Source: Antedon mediterranea (lineage: Eukaryota; Animalia; Echinodermata). From it: a stretch of DNA of 64,000 nt. The stretch is taken from positions 4,610,101 to 4,674,100 of the forward strand of contig NC_092677.1 in the NCBI RefSeq assembly GCF_964355755.1, given 5' to 3'. The notes below the pieces were generated by a model. The model did no database searches and was not told the origin of the DNA. It saw only the letters and a list, made by a program, of their open reading frames with translations. A program made the position numbers and the translations under genes. Positions within the stretch are counted from its first letter, which is position 1. Each line of letters begins with the position of its first letter. Below, one piece after another: positions 36,501 to 54,500 of the stretch.

Positions 36501-39500
36501 CCCTATAACAAGACAATTGATGTATTCAACATTCATCTCATCCAGTCAAGATGTACACCCTATAACAAGACAATTGATGTATTCAACATTCAACTCATCC
36601 AGTCAAATGTATACCCTATAACAAGAAAATTGATGTATTCAACATTCATCTCATCCAGTCAAGATGTACACCCTATAACAAGACAATTGATGTATTCAAC
36701 ATTCAACTCATCCAGTCAAGATGTACACACTATAACAAGACAATTGATGTATTCAACATTCAACTCATCCAGTCAAGATGTACACACTATAATAAGACAA
36801 TTGATGTATTCAACATTCAACTCATCCAGTCAAGATGTACACCCTATAACAAGACAATTGATGTATTCAACATTCAACTCATCCAGTCAAGATGTACACC
36901 CTATAACAAGACAATTGATGTAATCAACATTCAACTCATCCAGTCAAGATGTACACCCTATAACAAGACAATTGATGTAATCAACATTCAACTCATCCAG
37001 TCAAGATGTACACCCTATAACAAGACAATTGATGTATTCAATATTCATCTCATCCAGTCAAGATGTACACCCTATAACAAGACAATTGATGTATTCAACA
37101 TTCAACTCATCCAGTCAAGATGTACACCCTATAACAAGACAATTGATGTATTCAACATTCATCTCATCCAGTCAAGATGTACACCCTATAACAAGACAAT
37201 TGATATATTCAACATTCAACTCATCCAGTCAAGATGTACACCCTATAACAAGACAATTGATGTATTCAACATTCAACTCATCCAGTCAAGATGTACACCC
37301 TATAACAAGACAGTTGATGTAGCCAACATTCATCTCATCCAGTCAGATGTACACCCTATAAGAAGACAATTGATGTATTCAACATTCAACTCATCCAGTC
37401 AAGATGTACACCCTATAACAAGACAATTGATGTATTCAACATTCAACTCATCCAGTCAAGATGTACACCCTATAACAAGACAATTGATGTAGCCAACATT
37501 CATCTCATCCAGTCAAGATGTACACCCTATAACAAGACAATTGATGTATTCAACATTCATCTCATCCAGTCAAGATGTACACCCCATAACAAGACAATTG
37601 ATGTATTCAACATTCAACTCATCCAGTCAAATGTACACCCTATAACAAGACAATTGATGTATTCAACATTCATCTCATCCAGTCAAGATGTACACCCTAT
37701 AACAAGACAATTGACGCATTCAACATTCATCTCATCCAGTCAAGATGTACACCCCATAACAAGACAATTGATGTATTCAACATTCAACTCATCCAGTCAA
37801 GATGTACACCCTATAACAAGACAATTGATGCATTCAACATTCATCTCATCCAGTCAAGATGTACACCCCATAACAAGATAATTGATGTATTCAACATTCA
37901 ACTCATCCAGTCAAGATGTACACCCCATAACAAGACAATTGATGTATTCAACATTCATCTCATCCAGTCAAGATGTACACCCTATAACAAGACAATTGAT
38001 GCATTCAACATTCAACTCAACCAGTCAAGATGTACACCCTATAACAAGACAATTGATGCATTCAACATTCATCACATCCAGTCAAGATGTATACCCTATA
38101 ACAAGACAATTGATGTATTCAACATTAATCTCATCCAGTCAAGATGTACAACCTATAACAAGACAATTGATGTATTCAATATTCAACTCATCCTGTCAAG
38201 ATGTACACCCTATAACAAGACAATTGATGTATTCAATATTCAACTCAACCAGTCAAGATGTACACCCTATAACAAGACAATTGATGCATTCAACATTCAT
38301 CACATCCAGTCAAGATGTATACCCTATAACAAGACAATTGATGTATTCAACATTAATCTCATCCAGTCAAGATGTACAACCTATAACAAGACAATTGATG
38401 TATTCAACATTCATCTCATCCAGTAAAGATGTACACCCTATAACAAGACAATTGATGTATTCAACATTCATTTCATCCAGTCAAGATGTAAACCGTATAA
38501 CAAGACAATTGATGTATTCAACATTCAATTCGCCCAGTCAAGATGTACACCCTATAACAAGACAATTGATGTATTCAACATTCATCTCATCCAGTCAAGA
38601 TGTACACCCTATAACAAGACAATTGATGTATTCAACATTCATCTCATCCAGTAAGGATTTATACCCTATAACAAGACAATTGATGTATTCAACATTCATT
38701 TCATCCAGTCAAGATGTAAACCCTATAACAAGACAATTGATGTATTCAACATTCAATTCGCCCAGTCAAGATGTACACCCTATAACAAGACAATTGATGT
38801 ATTCAACATTCATCTCATCCAGTCAAGATGTACACCCTATAACAAGACAATTGATGTATTCAACATTCAACTCATCCAGTCAAGATGTACACCCTATAAC
38901 AAGACAATCGACATTCATCTCATCCAGTCAAGATGTAAACCCTATAACAAGACAATTGATGTATTCAACATTCAACTCGCCCAGTCAAGATGTACACACT
39001 ATAACAAGACAATTGATGTATTCAACATTCATCTCATCCAGTCAAGATGTACACCCTATAACAAGACAATTGATGTATTCAACATTCATCTCATCCAGTC
39101 AAGATGTACACCCTATAACAAGACAATTGATGTATTCAACATTCATCTCATCCAGTCAAGATGTACACCCTATAACAAGACAATTGATGTATTCAACATT
39201 CATTTCATCCAGTCAAGATGTAAACCCTATAACAAGACAATTGATGTATTCAACATTCAACTCATCCAGTCAAGATGTACACCCTATAACAAGACAATTG
39301 ATGTAATCAACATTTAACTCATCCAGTCAAGATGTACACCCTATAACAAGACAATTGATGTATTCAATATTCAACTCATCCAGTAAAGATGTACACCCTA
39401 TAACAAGACAATTGATGTATTCAATATTCAACTCAACCAGTCAAGATGTACACCCTATAACAAGACAATTGATGCATTCAACATTCATCACATCCAGTCA

Positions 39501-42500
39501 AGATGTATACCCTATAACAAGACAATTGATGTATTCAACATTAATCTCATCCAGTCAAGATGTACAACCTATAACAAGACAATTGATGTATTCAACATTC
39601 ATCTCATCCAGTAGAGATGTACACCCTATAACAAGACAATTGATGTATTCAACATCCATTTCATCCAGTCAAGATGTAAACCCTATAACAAGACAATTGA
39701 TGTATTCAACATTCAATTCGCCCAGTCAAGATGTACACCCTATAACAAGACAATTGATGTATTCAACATTCATCTCATCCAGTCAAGATGTACACCCTAT
39801 AACAAGACAATTGATGTATTCAACATTCATCTCATCCAGTAAAGATGTACACCCTATAAGAAGACAATTGATGTATTCAACATTCATTTCATCCAGTCAA
39901 GATGTAAACCCTATAACAAGACAATTGATGTATTCAACATTCAATTCGCCCAGTCAAGATGTACACCCTATAACAAGACAATTGATGTATTCAACATTCA
40001 TCTCATCCAGTCAAGATGTAAACCCTATAACAAGACAATTGATGTATTCAACATTCAACTCGCCCAGTCAAGATGTACACCCTATAACAAGACAATTGAT
40101 GTATTCAACATTCATCTCATCCAGTCAAGATGTACACACTATAACAAGACAATTGATGTATTCAACATTCATCTCATCCAGTCAAGATGTACACCCTATA
40201 ACAAGACAATTGATGTATTCAACATTCATCTCATCCAGTCAAGATGTAAACCCTATAACAAGACAATTGATGTATTCAACATTCATCTCATCCAGTCAAG
40301 ATGTACACCCTATAACAAGACAATTGATGTATTCAACATTCAACTCATCCAGTCAAGATGTACACCCTATAACAAGACAATTGATGTATTCAACATTCAA
40401 CTCATCCAGTCAAGATGTACACCCTATAAAAAGACAATTGATGTATTCAACATTCAACTCGACCAGTCAAGATGTACACCCTATAACAAGACAATTGATG
40501 TAGCCAACATTCATCTCATCCAGTCAAGATGTACACCCTATAACAAGACAATTTATGTAGCCAACATTCAACTCATCCAGTCAAGATGCTCGCCCTATAA
40601 CAAGACAATTAATGTAGCCAACATTCAACTCATCCAGTCAAGATGTACACCCTATAACAAGACAATTGATGTATTCAACATTCATCTCATCCAGTCAAGA
40701 TGTACACCCTATAACAAGACAATTGATGTATTGAACATTCAACTCATCCAGTCAAGATTACAACCTATAACAAGACAATTGATGTATTCAACATTCATCT
40801 CATCCAGTGAATTTGTACACCCTATAACAAGACAATTGATGTATTCAATATTCATCTCATCCAGTCAAGATGTACACCCTATAACAAGACAATTGATGTA
40901 TTCAACATTCAACTCATCCAGTCAAGATGTACACCCTATAACAAGACAATTGATGTATTCAACATTCATCTCATCCAGTCAAGATGTACACCCTATAACA
41001 AGACAATTGATATATTCAACATTCAACTCATCCAGTCAAGATGTACACCCTATAACAAGACAATTGATGTATTCAACATTCAACTCATCCAGTCAAGATG
41101 TACACCCTATAACAAGACAATTGATGTAGCCAACATTCATCTCATCCAGTCAGATGTACACCCTATAAGAAGACAATTGATGTATTCAACATTCAACTCA
41201 TCCAGTCAAGATGTACACCCTATAACAAGACAATTGATGTAGCCAACATTCATCTCATCCAGTCAAGATGTACACCCTATAACAAGACAATTGATGTATT
41301 CAACATTCATCTCATCCAGTCAAGATGTACACCCCATAACAAGACAATTGATGTATTCAACATTCAACTCATCCAGTCAAATGTATACCCTATAACAAGA
41401 CAATTGATGTATTCAACATTCATCTCATCCAGTCAAGATGTACACCCTATAACAAGACAATTGATGTATTCAACATTCAACTCATCCAGTCAAGATGTAC
41501 ACACTATAACAAGACAATTGATGTATTCAACATTCAACTCATCCAGTCAAGATGTACACCCTATAACAAGACAATTGATGTATTCAACATTCAACTCATC
41601 CAGTCAAGATGTACACCCTATAACAAGACAATTGATGTAATCAACATTCAACTCATCCAGTCAAGATGTACACCCTATAACAAGACAATTGATGTAATCA
41701 ACATTCAACTCATCCAGTCAAGATGTACACCCTATAACAAGACAATTGATGTATTCAATATTCATCTCATCCAGTCAAGATGTACACCCTATAACAAGAC
41801 AATTGATGTATTCAACATTCAACTCATCCAGTCAAGATGTACACCCTATAACAAGACAATTGATGTATTCAACATTCATCTCATCCAGTCAAGATGTACA
41901 CCCTATAACAAGACAATTGACGCATTCAACATTCATCTCATCCAGTCAAGATGTACACCCCATAACAAGACAATTGATGTATTCAACATTCAACTCATCC
42001 AGTCAAGATGTACACCCCATAACAAGACAATTGATGCATTCAACATTCATCTCATCCAGTCAAGATGTACACCCCATAACAAGACAATTGATGTATTCAA
42101 CATTCAACTCATCCAGTCAAGATGTACACCCCATAACAAGACAATTGATGTATTCAACATTCATCTCATCCAGTCAAGATGTACACCCTATAACAAGACA
42201 ATTGATGCATTCAACATTCATCTCATCCAGTCAAGATGTACACCCTATAACAAGACAATTGATGCATTCAACATTCATCACATCCAGTCAAGATGTATAC
42301 CCTATAACAAGACAATTGATGTATTCAACATTAATCTCATCCAGTCAAGATGTACAACCTATAACAAGACAATTGATGTATTCAATATTCAACTCATCCT
42401 GTCAAGATGTACACCCTATAACAAGACAATTGATGTATTCAATATTCAACTCAACCAGTCAAGATGTACACCCTATAACAAGACAATTGATGCATTCAAA

Positions 42501-45500
42501 ATTCATCACATCCAGTCAAGATGTATACCCTATAACAAGACAATTGATGTATTCAACATTAATCTCATCCAGTCAAGATGTACAACCTATAACAAGACAA
42601 TTGATGTATTCAACATTCATCTCATCCAGTAAAGATGTACACCCTATAACAAGACAATTGATGTATTCAACATTCATTTCATCCAGTCAAGATGTAAACC
42701 GTATAACAAGACAATTGATGTATTCAACATTCAATTCGCCCAGTCAAGATGTACACCCTATAACAAGACAATTGATGTATTCAACATTCATCTCATCCAG
42801 TCAAGATGTACACCCTATAACAAGACAATTGATGTATTCAACATTCATCTCATCCAGTAAGGATTTACACCCTATAACAAGACAATTGATGTATTCAACA
42901 TTCATTTCATCCAGTCAAGATGTAAACCCTATAACAAGACAATTGATGTATTCAACATTCAATTCGCCCAGTCAAGATGTACACCCTATAACAAGACAAT
43001 TGATGTATTCAACATTCATCTCATCCAGTCAAGATGTACACCCTATAACAAGACAATTGATGTATTCAACATTCAACTCATCCAGTCAAGATGTACACCC
43101 TATAACAAGACAATCAACATTCATCTCATCCAGTCAAGATGTAAACCCTATAACAAGACAATTGATGTATTCAACATTCAACTCGCCCAGTCAAGATGTA
43201 CACACTATAACAAGACAATTGATGTATTCAACATTCATCTCATCCAGTCAAGATGTACACCCTATAACAAGACAATTGATGTATTCAACATTCATCTCAT
43301 CCAGTCAAGATGTACACCCTATAACAAGACAATTGATGTATTCAACATTCATCTCATCCAGTCAAGATGTACACCCTATAACAAGACAATTGATGTATTC
43401 AACATTCATTTCATCCAGTCAAGATGTAAACCCTATAACAAGACAATTGATGTATTCAACATTCAACTCATCCAGTCAAGATGTACACCCTATAACAAGA
43501 CAATTGATGTAATCAACATTCAACTCATCCAGTCAAGATGTACACCCTATAACAAGACAATTTATGTATTCAATATTCAACTCATCCAGTCAAGATGTAC
43601 ACCCTATAACAAGACAATTTATGTATTCAATATTCAACTCAACCAGTCAAGATGTACACCCTATAACAAGACAATTGATGCATTCAACATTCATCACATC
43701 CAGTCAAGATGTATACCCTATAACAAGACAATTGATGTATTCAACATTAATCTCATCCAGTCAAGATGTACAACCTATAACAAGACAATTGATGTATTCA
43801 ACATTCATCTCATCCAGTAGAGATGTACACCCTATAACAAGACAATTGATGTATTCAACATCCATTTCATCCAGTCAAGATGTAAACCCTATAACAAGAC
43901 AATTGATGTATTCAACATTCAATTCGCCCAGTCAAGATGTACACCCTATAACAAGACAATTGATGTATTCAACATTCATCTCATCCAGTCAAGATGTACA
44001 CCCTATAACAAGACAATTGATGTATTCAACATTCATCTCATCCAGTAAAGATCTACACCCTATAAGAAGACAATTGATGTATTCAACATTCATTTCATCC
44101 AGTCAAGATGTAAACCCTATAACAAGACAATTGATGTATTCAACATTCAATTCGCCCAGTCAAGATGTACACCCTATAACAAGACAATTGATGTATTCAA
44201 CATTCATCTCATCCAGTCAAGATGTAAACCCTATAACAAGACAATTGATGTATTCAACATTCAACTCGCCCAGTCAAGATGTACACCCTATAACAAGACA
44301 ATTGATGTATTCAACATTCATCTCATCCAGTCAAGATGTACACACTATAACAAGACAATTGATGTATTCAACATTCATCTCATCCAGTCAAGATGTACAC
44401 CCTATAACAAGACAATTGATGTATTCAACATTCATCTCATCCAGTCAAGATGTAAACCCTATAACAAGACAATTGATGTATTCAACATTCATCTCATCCA
44501 GTCAAGATGTACACCCTATAACAAGACAATTGATGTATTCAACATTCAACTCATCCAGTCAAGATGTACACCCTATAACAAGACAATTGATGTATTCAAC
44601 ATTCAACTCATCCAGTCAAGATGTACACCCTATAAAAATACAATTGATGTATTCAACATTCAACTCGACCAGTCAAGATGTACACCCTATAACAAGACAA
44701 TTGATGTAGCCAACATTCATCTCATCCAGTCAAGATGTACACCCTATAACAAGACAATTTATGTAGCCAACATTCAACTCATCCAGTCAAGATGCTCGCC
44801 CTATAACAAGACAATTAATGTAGCCAACATTCAACTCATCCAGTCAAGATGTACACCCTATAACAAGACAATTGATGTATTCAACATTCATCTCATCCAG
44901 TCAAGATGTACACCCTATAACAAGACAATTGATGTATTGAACATTCAACTCATCCAGTCAAGATTACAACCTATAACAAGACAATTGATGTATTCAACAT
45001 TCATCTCATCCAGTGAATTTGTACACCCTATAACAAGACAATTGATGTATTCAATATTCATCTCATCCAGTCAAGATGTACACCCTATAACAAGACAATT
45101 GATGTATTCAACATTCAACTCATCCAGTCAAGATGTACACCCTATAACAAGACAATTGATGTATTCAACATTCATCTCATCCAGTCAAGATGTACACCCT
45201 ATAACAAGACAATTGATATATTCAACATTCAACTCATCCAGTCAAGATGTACACCCTATAACAAGACAATTGATGTATTCAACATTCAACTCATCCAGTC
45301 AAGATGTACACCCTATAACAAGACAATTGATGTAGCCAACATTCATCTCATCCAGTCAGATGTACACCCTATAAGAAGACAATTGATGTATTCAACATTC
45401 AACTCATCCAGTCAAGATGTACACCCTATAACAAGACAATTGATGTAGCCAACATTCATCTCATCCAGTCAAGATGTACACCCTATAACAAGACAATTGA

Positions 45501-48500
45501 TGTATTCAACATTCATCTCATCCAGTCAAGATGTACACCCCATAACAAGACAATTGATGTATTCAACATTCAACTCATCCAGTCAAATGTATACCCTATA
45601 ACAAGACAATTGATGTATTCAACATTCATCTCATCCAGTCAAGATGTACACCCTATAACAAGACAATTGATGTATTCAACATTCAACTCATCCAGTCAAG
45701 ATGTACACACTATAACAAGACAATTGATGTATTCAACATTCAACTCATCCAGTCAAGATGTACACCCTATAACAAGACAATTGATGTATTCAACATTCAA
45801 CTCATCCAGTCAAGATGTACACCCTATAACAAGACAATTGATGTAATCAACATTCAACTCATCCAGTCAAGATGTACACCCTATAACAAGACAATTGATG
45901 TAATCAACATTCAACTCATCCAGTCAAGATGTACACCCTATAACAAGACAATTGATGTATTCAATATTCATCTCATCCAGTCAAGATGTACACCCTATAA
46001 CAAGACAATTGATGTATTCAACATTCAACTCATCCAGTCAAGATGTACACCCTATAACAAGACAATTGATGTATTCAACATTCATCTCATCCAGTCAAGA
46101 TGTACACCCTATAACAAGACAATTGATATATTCAACATTCAACTCATCCAGTCAAGATGTACACCCTATAACAAGACAATTGATGTATTCAACATTCAAC
46201 TCATCCAGTCAAGATGTACACCCTATAACAAGACAATTGATGTAGCCAACATTCATCTCATCCAGTCAGATGTACACCCTATAAGAAGACAATTGATGTA
46301 TTCAACATTCAACTCATCCAGTCAAGATGTACACCCTATAACAAGACAATTGATGTATTCAACATTCAACTCATCCAGTCAAGATGTACACCCTATAACA
46401 AGACAATTGATGTAGCCAACATTCATCTCATCCAGTCAAGATGTACACCCTATAACAAGACAATTGATGTATTCAACATTCATCTCATCCAGTCAAGATG
46501 TACACCCCATAACAAGACAATTGATGTATTCAACATTCAACTCATCCAGTCAAATGTACACCCTATAACAAGACAATTGATGTATTCAACATTCATCTCA
46601 TCCAGTCAAGATGTACACCCTATAACAAGACAATTGACGCATTCAACATTCATCTCATCCAGTCAAGATGTACACCCCATAACAAGACAATTGATGTATT
46701 CAACATTCAACTCATCCAGTCAAGAGGTACACCCTATAACAAGACAATTGATGCATTCAACATTCATCTCATCCAGTCAAGATGTACACCCCATAACAAG
46801 ACAATTGATGTATTCAACATTCAACTCATCCAGTCAAGATGTACACCCTATAACAAGACAATTGATGCATTCAACATTCAACTCAACCAGTCAAGATGTA
46901 CACCCTATAACAAGACAATTGATGCATTCAACATTCATCACATCCAGTCAAGATGTATACCCTATAACAAGACAATTGATGTATTCAACATTAATCTCAT
47001 CCAGTCAAGATGTACAACCTATAACAAGACAATTGATGTATTCAATATTCAACTCATCCTGTCAAGATGTACACCCTATAACAAGACAATTGATGTATTC
47101 AATATTCAACTCAACCAGTCAAGATGTACACCCTATAACAAGACAATTGATGCATTCAACATTCATCACATCCAGTCAAGATGTATACCCTATAACAAGA
47201 CAATTGATGTATTCAACATTAATCTCATCCAGTCAAGATGTACAACCTATAACAAGACAATTGATGTATTCAACATTCATCTCATCCAGTAAAGATGTAC
47301 ACCCTATAACAAGACAATTGATGTATTCAACATTCATTTCATCCAGTCAAGATGTAAACCGTATAACAAGACAATTGATGTATTCAACATTCAATTCGCC
47401 CAGTCAAGATGTACACCCTATAACAAGACAATTGATGTATTCAACATTCATCTCATCCAGTCAAGATGTACACCCTATAACAAGACAATTGATGTATTCA
47501 ACATTCATCTCATCCAGTAAGGATTTACACCCTATAACAAGACAATTGATGTATTCAACATTCATTTCATCTAGTCAAGATGTAAACCCTATAACAAGAC
47601 AATTGATGTATTCAACATTCAATTCGCCCAGTCAAGATGTACACCCTATAACAAGACAATTGATGTATTCAACATTCATCTCATCCAGTCAAGATGTACA
47701 CCCTATAACAAGACAATTGATGTATTCAACATTCAACTCATCCAGTCAAGATGTACACCCTATAACAAGACAATCAACATTCATCTCATCCAGTCAAGAT
47801 GTAAACCCTATAACAAGACAATTGATGTATTCAACATTCAACTCGCCCAGTCAAGATGTACACACTATAACAAGACAATTGATGTATTCAACATTCATCT
47901 CATCCAGTCAAGATGTACACCCTATAACAAGACAATTGATGTATTCAACATTCATCTCATCCAGTCAAGATGTACACCCTATAACAAGACAATTGATGTA
48001 TTCAACATTCATCTCATCCAGTCAAGATGTAAACCCTATAACGAGACAATTGATGTATTCAACATTCAACTCGCCCAGTCAAGATGTACACCCTATAACA
48101 AGATAATTGATGTATTCAACATTCATCTCATCCAGTCAAGATGTACACCCTATAACAAGACAATTGATGTATTCAACATTCAACTCATCCAGTCAAGATA
48201 TACACCCTATAACAAGACAATTGATATATTCAACATTCAACTCATCCAGTCAAGATGTACACCCTATAACAAGACAATTGATGTATTCAACATTCAACTC
48301 ATCCAGTCAAGATGTACACCCTATAACAAGACAATTGATGTAGCCAACATTCATCTCATCCAGTCAGATGTACACCCTATAAGAAGACAATTGATGTATT
48401 CAACATTCAACTCATCCAGTCAAGATTTACACCCTATAACAAGACAATTGATGTATTCAACATTCAACTCATCCAGTCAAGATGTACACCCTATAACAAG

Positions 48501-51500
48501 ACAATTGATGTAGCCAACATTCATCTCATCCAGTCAAGATGTACACCCTATAACAAGACAATTGATGTATTCAACATTCATCTAATCCAGTCAAGATGTA
48601 CACCCCATAACAAGACAATTGATGTATTCAACATTCAACTCATCCAGTCAAATGTACACCCTATAACAAGACAATTGATGTATTCAACATTCATCTCATC
48701 CAGTCAAGATGTACACCCTATAACAAGACAATTGACGCATTCAACATTCATCTCATCCAGTCAAGATGTACACCCCATAACAAGACAATTGATGTATTCA
48801 ACATTCAACTCATCCAGTCAAGATGTACACCCTATAACAAGACAATTGATGCATTCAACATTCATCTCATCCAGTCAAGATGTACACCCCATAACAAGAC
48901 AATTGATGTATTCAACATTCAACTCATCCAGTCAAGATGTACACCCCATAACAAGACAATTGATGTATTCAACATTCATCTCATCCAGTCAAGATGTACA
49001 CCCTATAACAAGACAATTGATGCATTCAACATTCAACTCAACCAGTCAAGATGTACACCCTATAACAAGACAATTGATGCATTCAACATTCATCACATCC
49101 AGTCAAGATGTATACCCTATAACAAGACAATTGATGTATTCAACATTAATCTCATCCAGTCAAGATGTACAACCTATAACAAGACAATTGATGTATTCAA
49201 TATTCAACTCATCCTGTCAAGATGTACACCCTATAACAAGACAATTGATGTATTCAATATTCAACTCAACCAGTCAAGATGTACACCCTATAACAAGACA
49301 ATTGATGCATTCAACATTCATCACATCCAGTCAAGATGTATACCCTATAACAAGACAATTGATGTATTCAACATTAATCTCATCCAGTCAAGATGTACAA
49401 CCTATAACAAGACAATTGATGTATTCAACATTCATCTCATCCAGTAAAGATGTACACCCTATAACAAGACAATTGATGTATTCAACATTCATTTCATCCA
49501 GTCAAGATGTAAACCGTATAACAAGACAATTGATGTATTCAACATTCAATTCGCCCAGTCAAGATGTACACCCTATAACAAGACAATTGATGTATTCAAC
49601 ATTCATCTCATCCAGTCAAGATGTACACCCTATAACAAGACAATTGATGTATTCAACATTCATCTCATCCAGTAAGGATTTACACCCTATAACAAGACAA
49701 TTGATGTATTCAACATTCATTTCATCCAGTCAAGATGTAAACCCTATAACAAGACAATTGATGTATTCAACATTCAATTCGCCCAGTCAAGATGTACACC
49801 CTATAACAAGACAATTGATGTATTCAACATTCATCTCATCCAGTCAAGATGTACACCCTATAACAAGACAATTGATGTATTCAACATTCAACTCATCCAG
49901 TCAAGATGTACACCCTATAACAAGACAATCAACATTCATCTCATCCAGTCAAGATGTAAACCCTATAACAAGACAATTGATGTATTCAACATTCAACTCG
50001 CCCAGTCAAGATGTACACACTATAACAAGACAATTGATGTATTCAACATTCATCTCATCCAGTCAAGATGTACACCCTATAACAAGACAATTGATGTATT
50101 CAACATTCATCTCATCCAGTCAAGATGTACACCCTATAACAAGACAATTGATGTATTCAACATTCATCTCATCCAGTCAAGATGTAAACCCTATAACGAG
50201 ACAATTGATGTATTCAACATTCAACTCGCCCAGTCAAGATGTACACCCTATAACAAGACAATTGATGTATTCAACATTCATCTCATCCAGTCAAGATGTA
50301 CACCCTATAACAAGACAATTGATGTATTCAACATTCAACTCATCCAGTCAAGATGTACACCCTATAACAAGACAATTGATATATTCAACATTCAACTCAT
50401 CCAGTCAAGATGTACACCCTATAACAAGACAATTGATGTATTCAACATTCAACTCATCCAGTCAAGATGTACACCCTATAACAAGACAATTGATGTAGCC
50501 AACATTCATCTCATCCAGTCAGATGTACACCCTATAAGAAGACAATTGATGTATTCAACATTCAACTCATCCAGTCAAGATGTACACCCTATAACAAGAC
50601 AATTGATGTATTCAACATTCAACTCATCCAGTCAAGATGTACACCCTATAACAAGACAATTGATGTAGCCAACATTCATCTCATCCAGTCAAGATGTACA
50701 CCCTATAACAAGACAATTGATGTATTCAACATTCATCTCATCCAGTCAAGATGTACACCCCATAACAAGACAATTGATGTATTCAACATTCAACTCATCC
50801 AGTCAAATGTACACCCTATAACAAGACAATTGATGTATTCAACATTCATCTCATCCAGTCAAGATGTACACCCTATAACAAGACAATTGATGTATTCAAC
50901 ATTCAACTCATCCAGTCAAGATGTACACCCCATAACAAGACAATTGATGCATTCAACATTCATCTCAACCAGTCAAGATGTACACCCTACAACAAGACAA
51001 TTGATGCATTCAACATTCATCTCATCCAGTCAAGATGTACACCCTATAACAAGAAAATTGACGCATTCAACATTCATCTCATCCAGTCAAGATGTACACC
51101 TCATAACAAGACAATTGATGTATTCAACATTCAACTCATCCAGTCAAATGTATACCCTATAACAAGACAATACATGTATTCAACATTCATCTCATCCAGT
51201 CAAGATGTACACCCTATAACAAGACAATTGATGTATTCAACATTCAACTCATCCAGTCAAGATGTACACACTATAACAAGACAATTGATGTATTCAACAT
51301 TCAACTCATCCAGTCAAGATGTACACCCTATAACAAGACAATTGATGTATTCAACATTCAACTCATCCAGTCAAGATGTACACCCTATAACAAGACAATT
51401 GATGTAATCAACATTCAACTCATCCAGTCAAGATGTACACCCTATAACAAGACAATTGATGTAATCAACATTCAACTCATCCAGTCAAGATGTACACCCT

Positions 51501-54500
51501 ATAACAAGACAATTGATGTATTCAATATTCAACTCATCCAGTCAAGATGTACACCCTATAACAAGACAATTGATGTATTCAATATTCAACTCAACCAGTC
51601 AAGATGTACACCCTATAACAAGACAATTGATGCATTCAACATTCATCACATCCAGTCAAGATGTACACCCTATAACAAGACAATTGATGTATTCAACATT
51701 AATCTCATCCAGTCAAGATGTACAACCTATAACAAGACAATTGATGTATTCAACATTCATCTCATCCAGTAAAGATGTACACCCTATAACAAGACAATTG
51801 ATGTATTCAACATTCATTTCATCCAGTCAAGATGTAAACCCTATAACAAGACAATTGATGTATTCAACATTCAACTCATCCAGTCAAGATGTACACCCTA
51901 TAACAAGACAATTGATGTAATCAACATTCAACTCATCCAGTCAAGATGTACACCCTATAACAAGACAATTGATGTATTCAATATTCAACTCATCCAGTCA
52001 AGATGTACACCCTATAACAAGACAATTGATGTATTCAATATTCAACTCAACCAGTCAAGATGTACACCCTATAACAAGACAATTGATGCATTCAACATTC
52101 ATCACATCCAGTCAAGATGTATACCCTATAACAAGACAATTGATGTATTCAACATTAATCTCATCCAGTCAAGATGTACAACCTATAACAAGACAATTGA
52201 TGTATTCAACATTCATCTCATCCAGTAGAGATGTACACCCTATAACAAGACAATTAATGTATTCAACATCCATTTCATCCAGTCAAGATGTAAACCCTAT
52301 AACAAGACAATTGATGTATTCAACATTCAATTCGCCCAGTCAAGATGTACACCCTATAACAAGACAATTGATGTATTCAACATTCATCTTATCCAGTCAA
52401 GATGTACACCCTATAACAAGACAATTGATGTATTCAACATTCATCTCATCCAGTAAAGATGTACACCCTATAAGAAGACAATTGATGTATTCAACATTCA
52501 TTTCATCCAGTCAAGATGTAAACCCTATAACAAGACAATTGATGTATTCAACATTCAATTCGCCCAGTCAAGATGTACACCCTATAACAAGACAATTGAT
52601 GTATTCAACATTCATCTCATCCAGTCAAGATGTAAACCCTATAACAAGACAATTGATGTATTCAACATTCAACTCGCCCAGTCAAGATGTACACCCTATA
52701 ACAAGACAATTGATGTATTCAACATTCATCTCATCCAGTCAAGATGTACACACTATAACAAGACAATTGATGTATTCAACATTCATCTCATCCAGTCAAG
52801 ATGTACACCCTATAACAAGACAATTGATGTATTCAACATTCATCTCATCCAGTCAAGATGTAAACCCTATAACGAGACAATTGATGTATTCAACATTCAA
52901 CTCGCCCAGTCAAGATGTACACCCTATAACAAGGCAATTGATGTATTCAACATTCATCTCATCCAGTCAAGATGTACACCCTATAACAAGACAATTGATG
53001 TATTCAACATTCAACTCATCCAGTCAAGATGTACACCCTATAACAAGACAATTGATGTATTCAACATTCAACTCATCCAGTCAAGATGTACACCCTATAA
53101 CAAGACAATTGATGTATTCAACATTCAACTCGACCAGTCAAGATGTACACCCTATAACAAGACAATTGATGTAGCCAACATTCATCTCATCCAGTCAAGA
53201 TGTACACCCTATAACAAGACAATTGATGTATTCAACATTCAACTCATCCAGTCAAGATGTACACCCTATAACAAGACAATTGATGTATTCAACATTCAAC
53301 TCATCCAGTCAAGATGTACACCCTATAACAAGACAATTGATGTATTCAACATTCAACTCGACCAGTCAAGATGTACACCCTATAACAAGACAATTGATGT
53401 AGCCAACATTCATCTCATCCAGTCAAGATGTACACCCTATAACAAGACAATTGATGTATTGAACATTCAACTCATCCAGTCAAGATTACAACCTATAACA
53501 AGACAATTGATGTATTCAACATTCATCTCATCCAGTGAATTTGTACACCCTATAACAAGACAATTGATGTATTCAATATTCAACTCATCCAGTCAAGATG
53601 TACACCCTATAACAAGACAATTGATGTATTCAACATTCAACTCATCCAGTCAAGATGTACACCCTATAACAAGACAATTGATGTATTCAACATTCATCTC
53701 ATCCAGTCAAGATGTACACCCTATAACAAGACAATTGATGTATTCAACATTCAACTCATCCAGTCAAGATGTACACCCTATAACAAGACAATTGATGTAT
53801 TCAACATTCAACTCATCCAGTCAAGATGTACACCCTATAACAAGACAATTGATGTAGCCAACATTCATCTCATCCAGTCAGATGTACACCCTATAAGAAG
53901 ACAATTGATGTATTCAACATTCAACTCATCCAGTCAAGATGTACACCCTATAAGAAGACAATTGATGTATTCAACATTCAACTCATCCAGTCAAGATGTA
54001 CACCCTATAAGAAGACAATTGATGTATTCAACATTCAACTCATCCAGTCAAGATGTACACCCTATAACAAGACAATTGATGCATTCAACATTCATCTCAA
54101 CCAGTCAAGATGTACACACTATAACAAGACAATTGATGCATTCAACATTCATCTCATCCAATCAAGATGTACACCCTATAACATGACAATTGACGCATTC
54201 AACATTCATCTCATCCAGTCAAGATGTACACCCCATAACAAGACAATTGATGTATTCAACATTCAACTCATCCAGTCAAGATGTACACCCTATAACAAGA
54301 CAATTGATGTATTCAACATTCAACTCATCCAGTCAAGATGTACACCCTATAACAAGACAATTGATGCATTCAACATTCATCTCATCCAGTCAAGATGTAC
54401 ACCCCATAACAAGACAATTGATGTATTCAACATTCAACTCATCCAGTCAGGATGTACACCCCATAACAAGACAATTGATGTATTCAACATTCATCTCGTC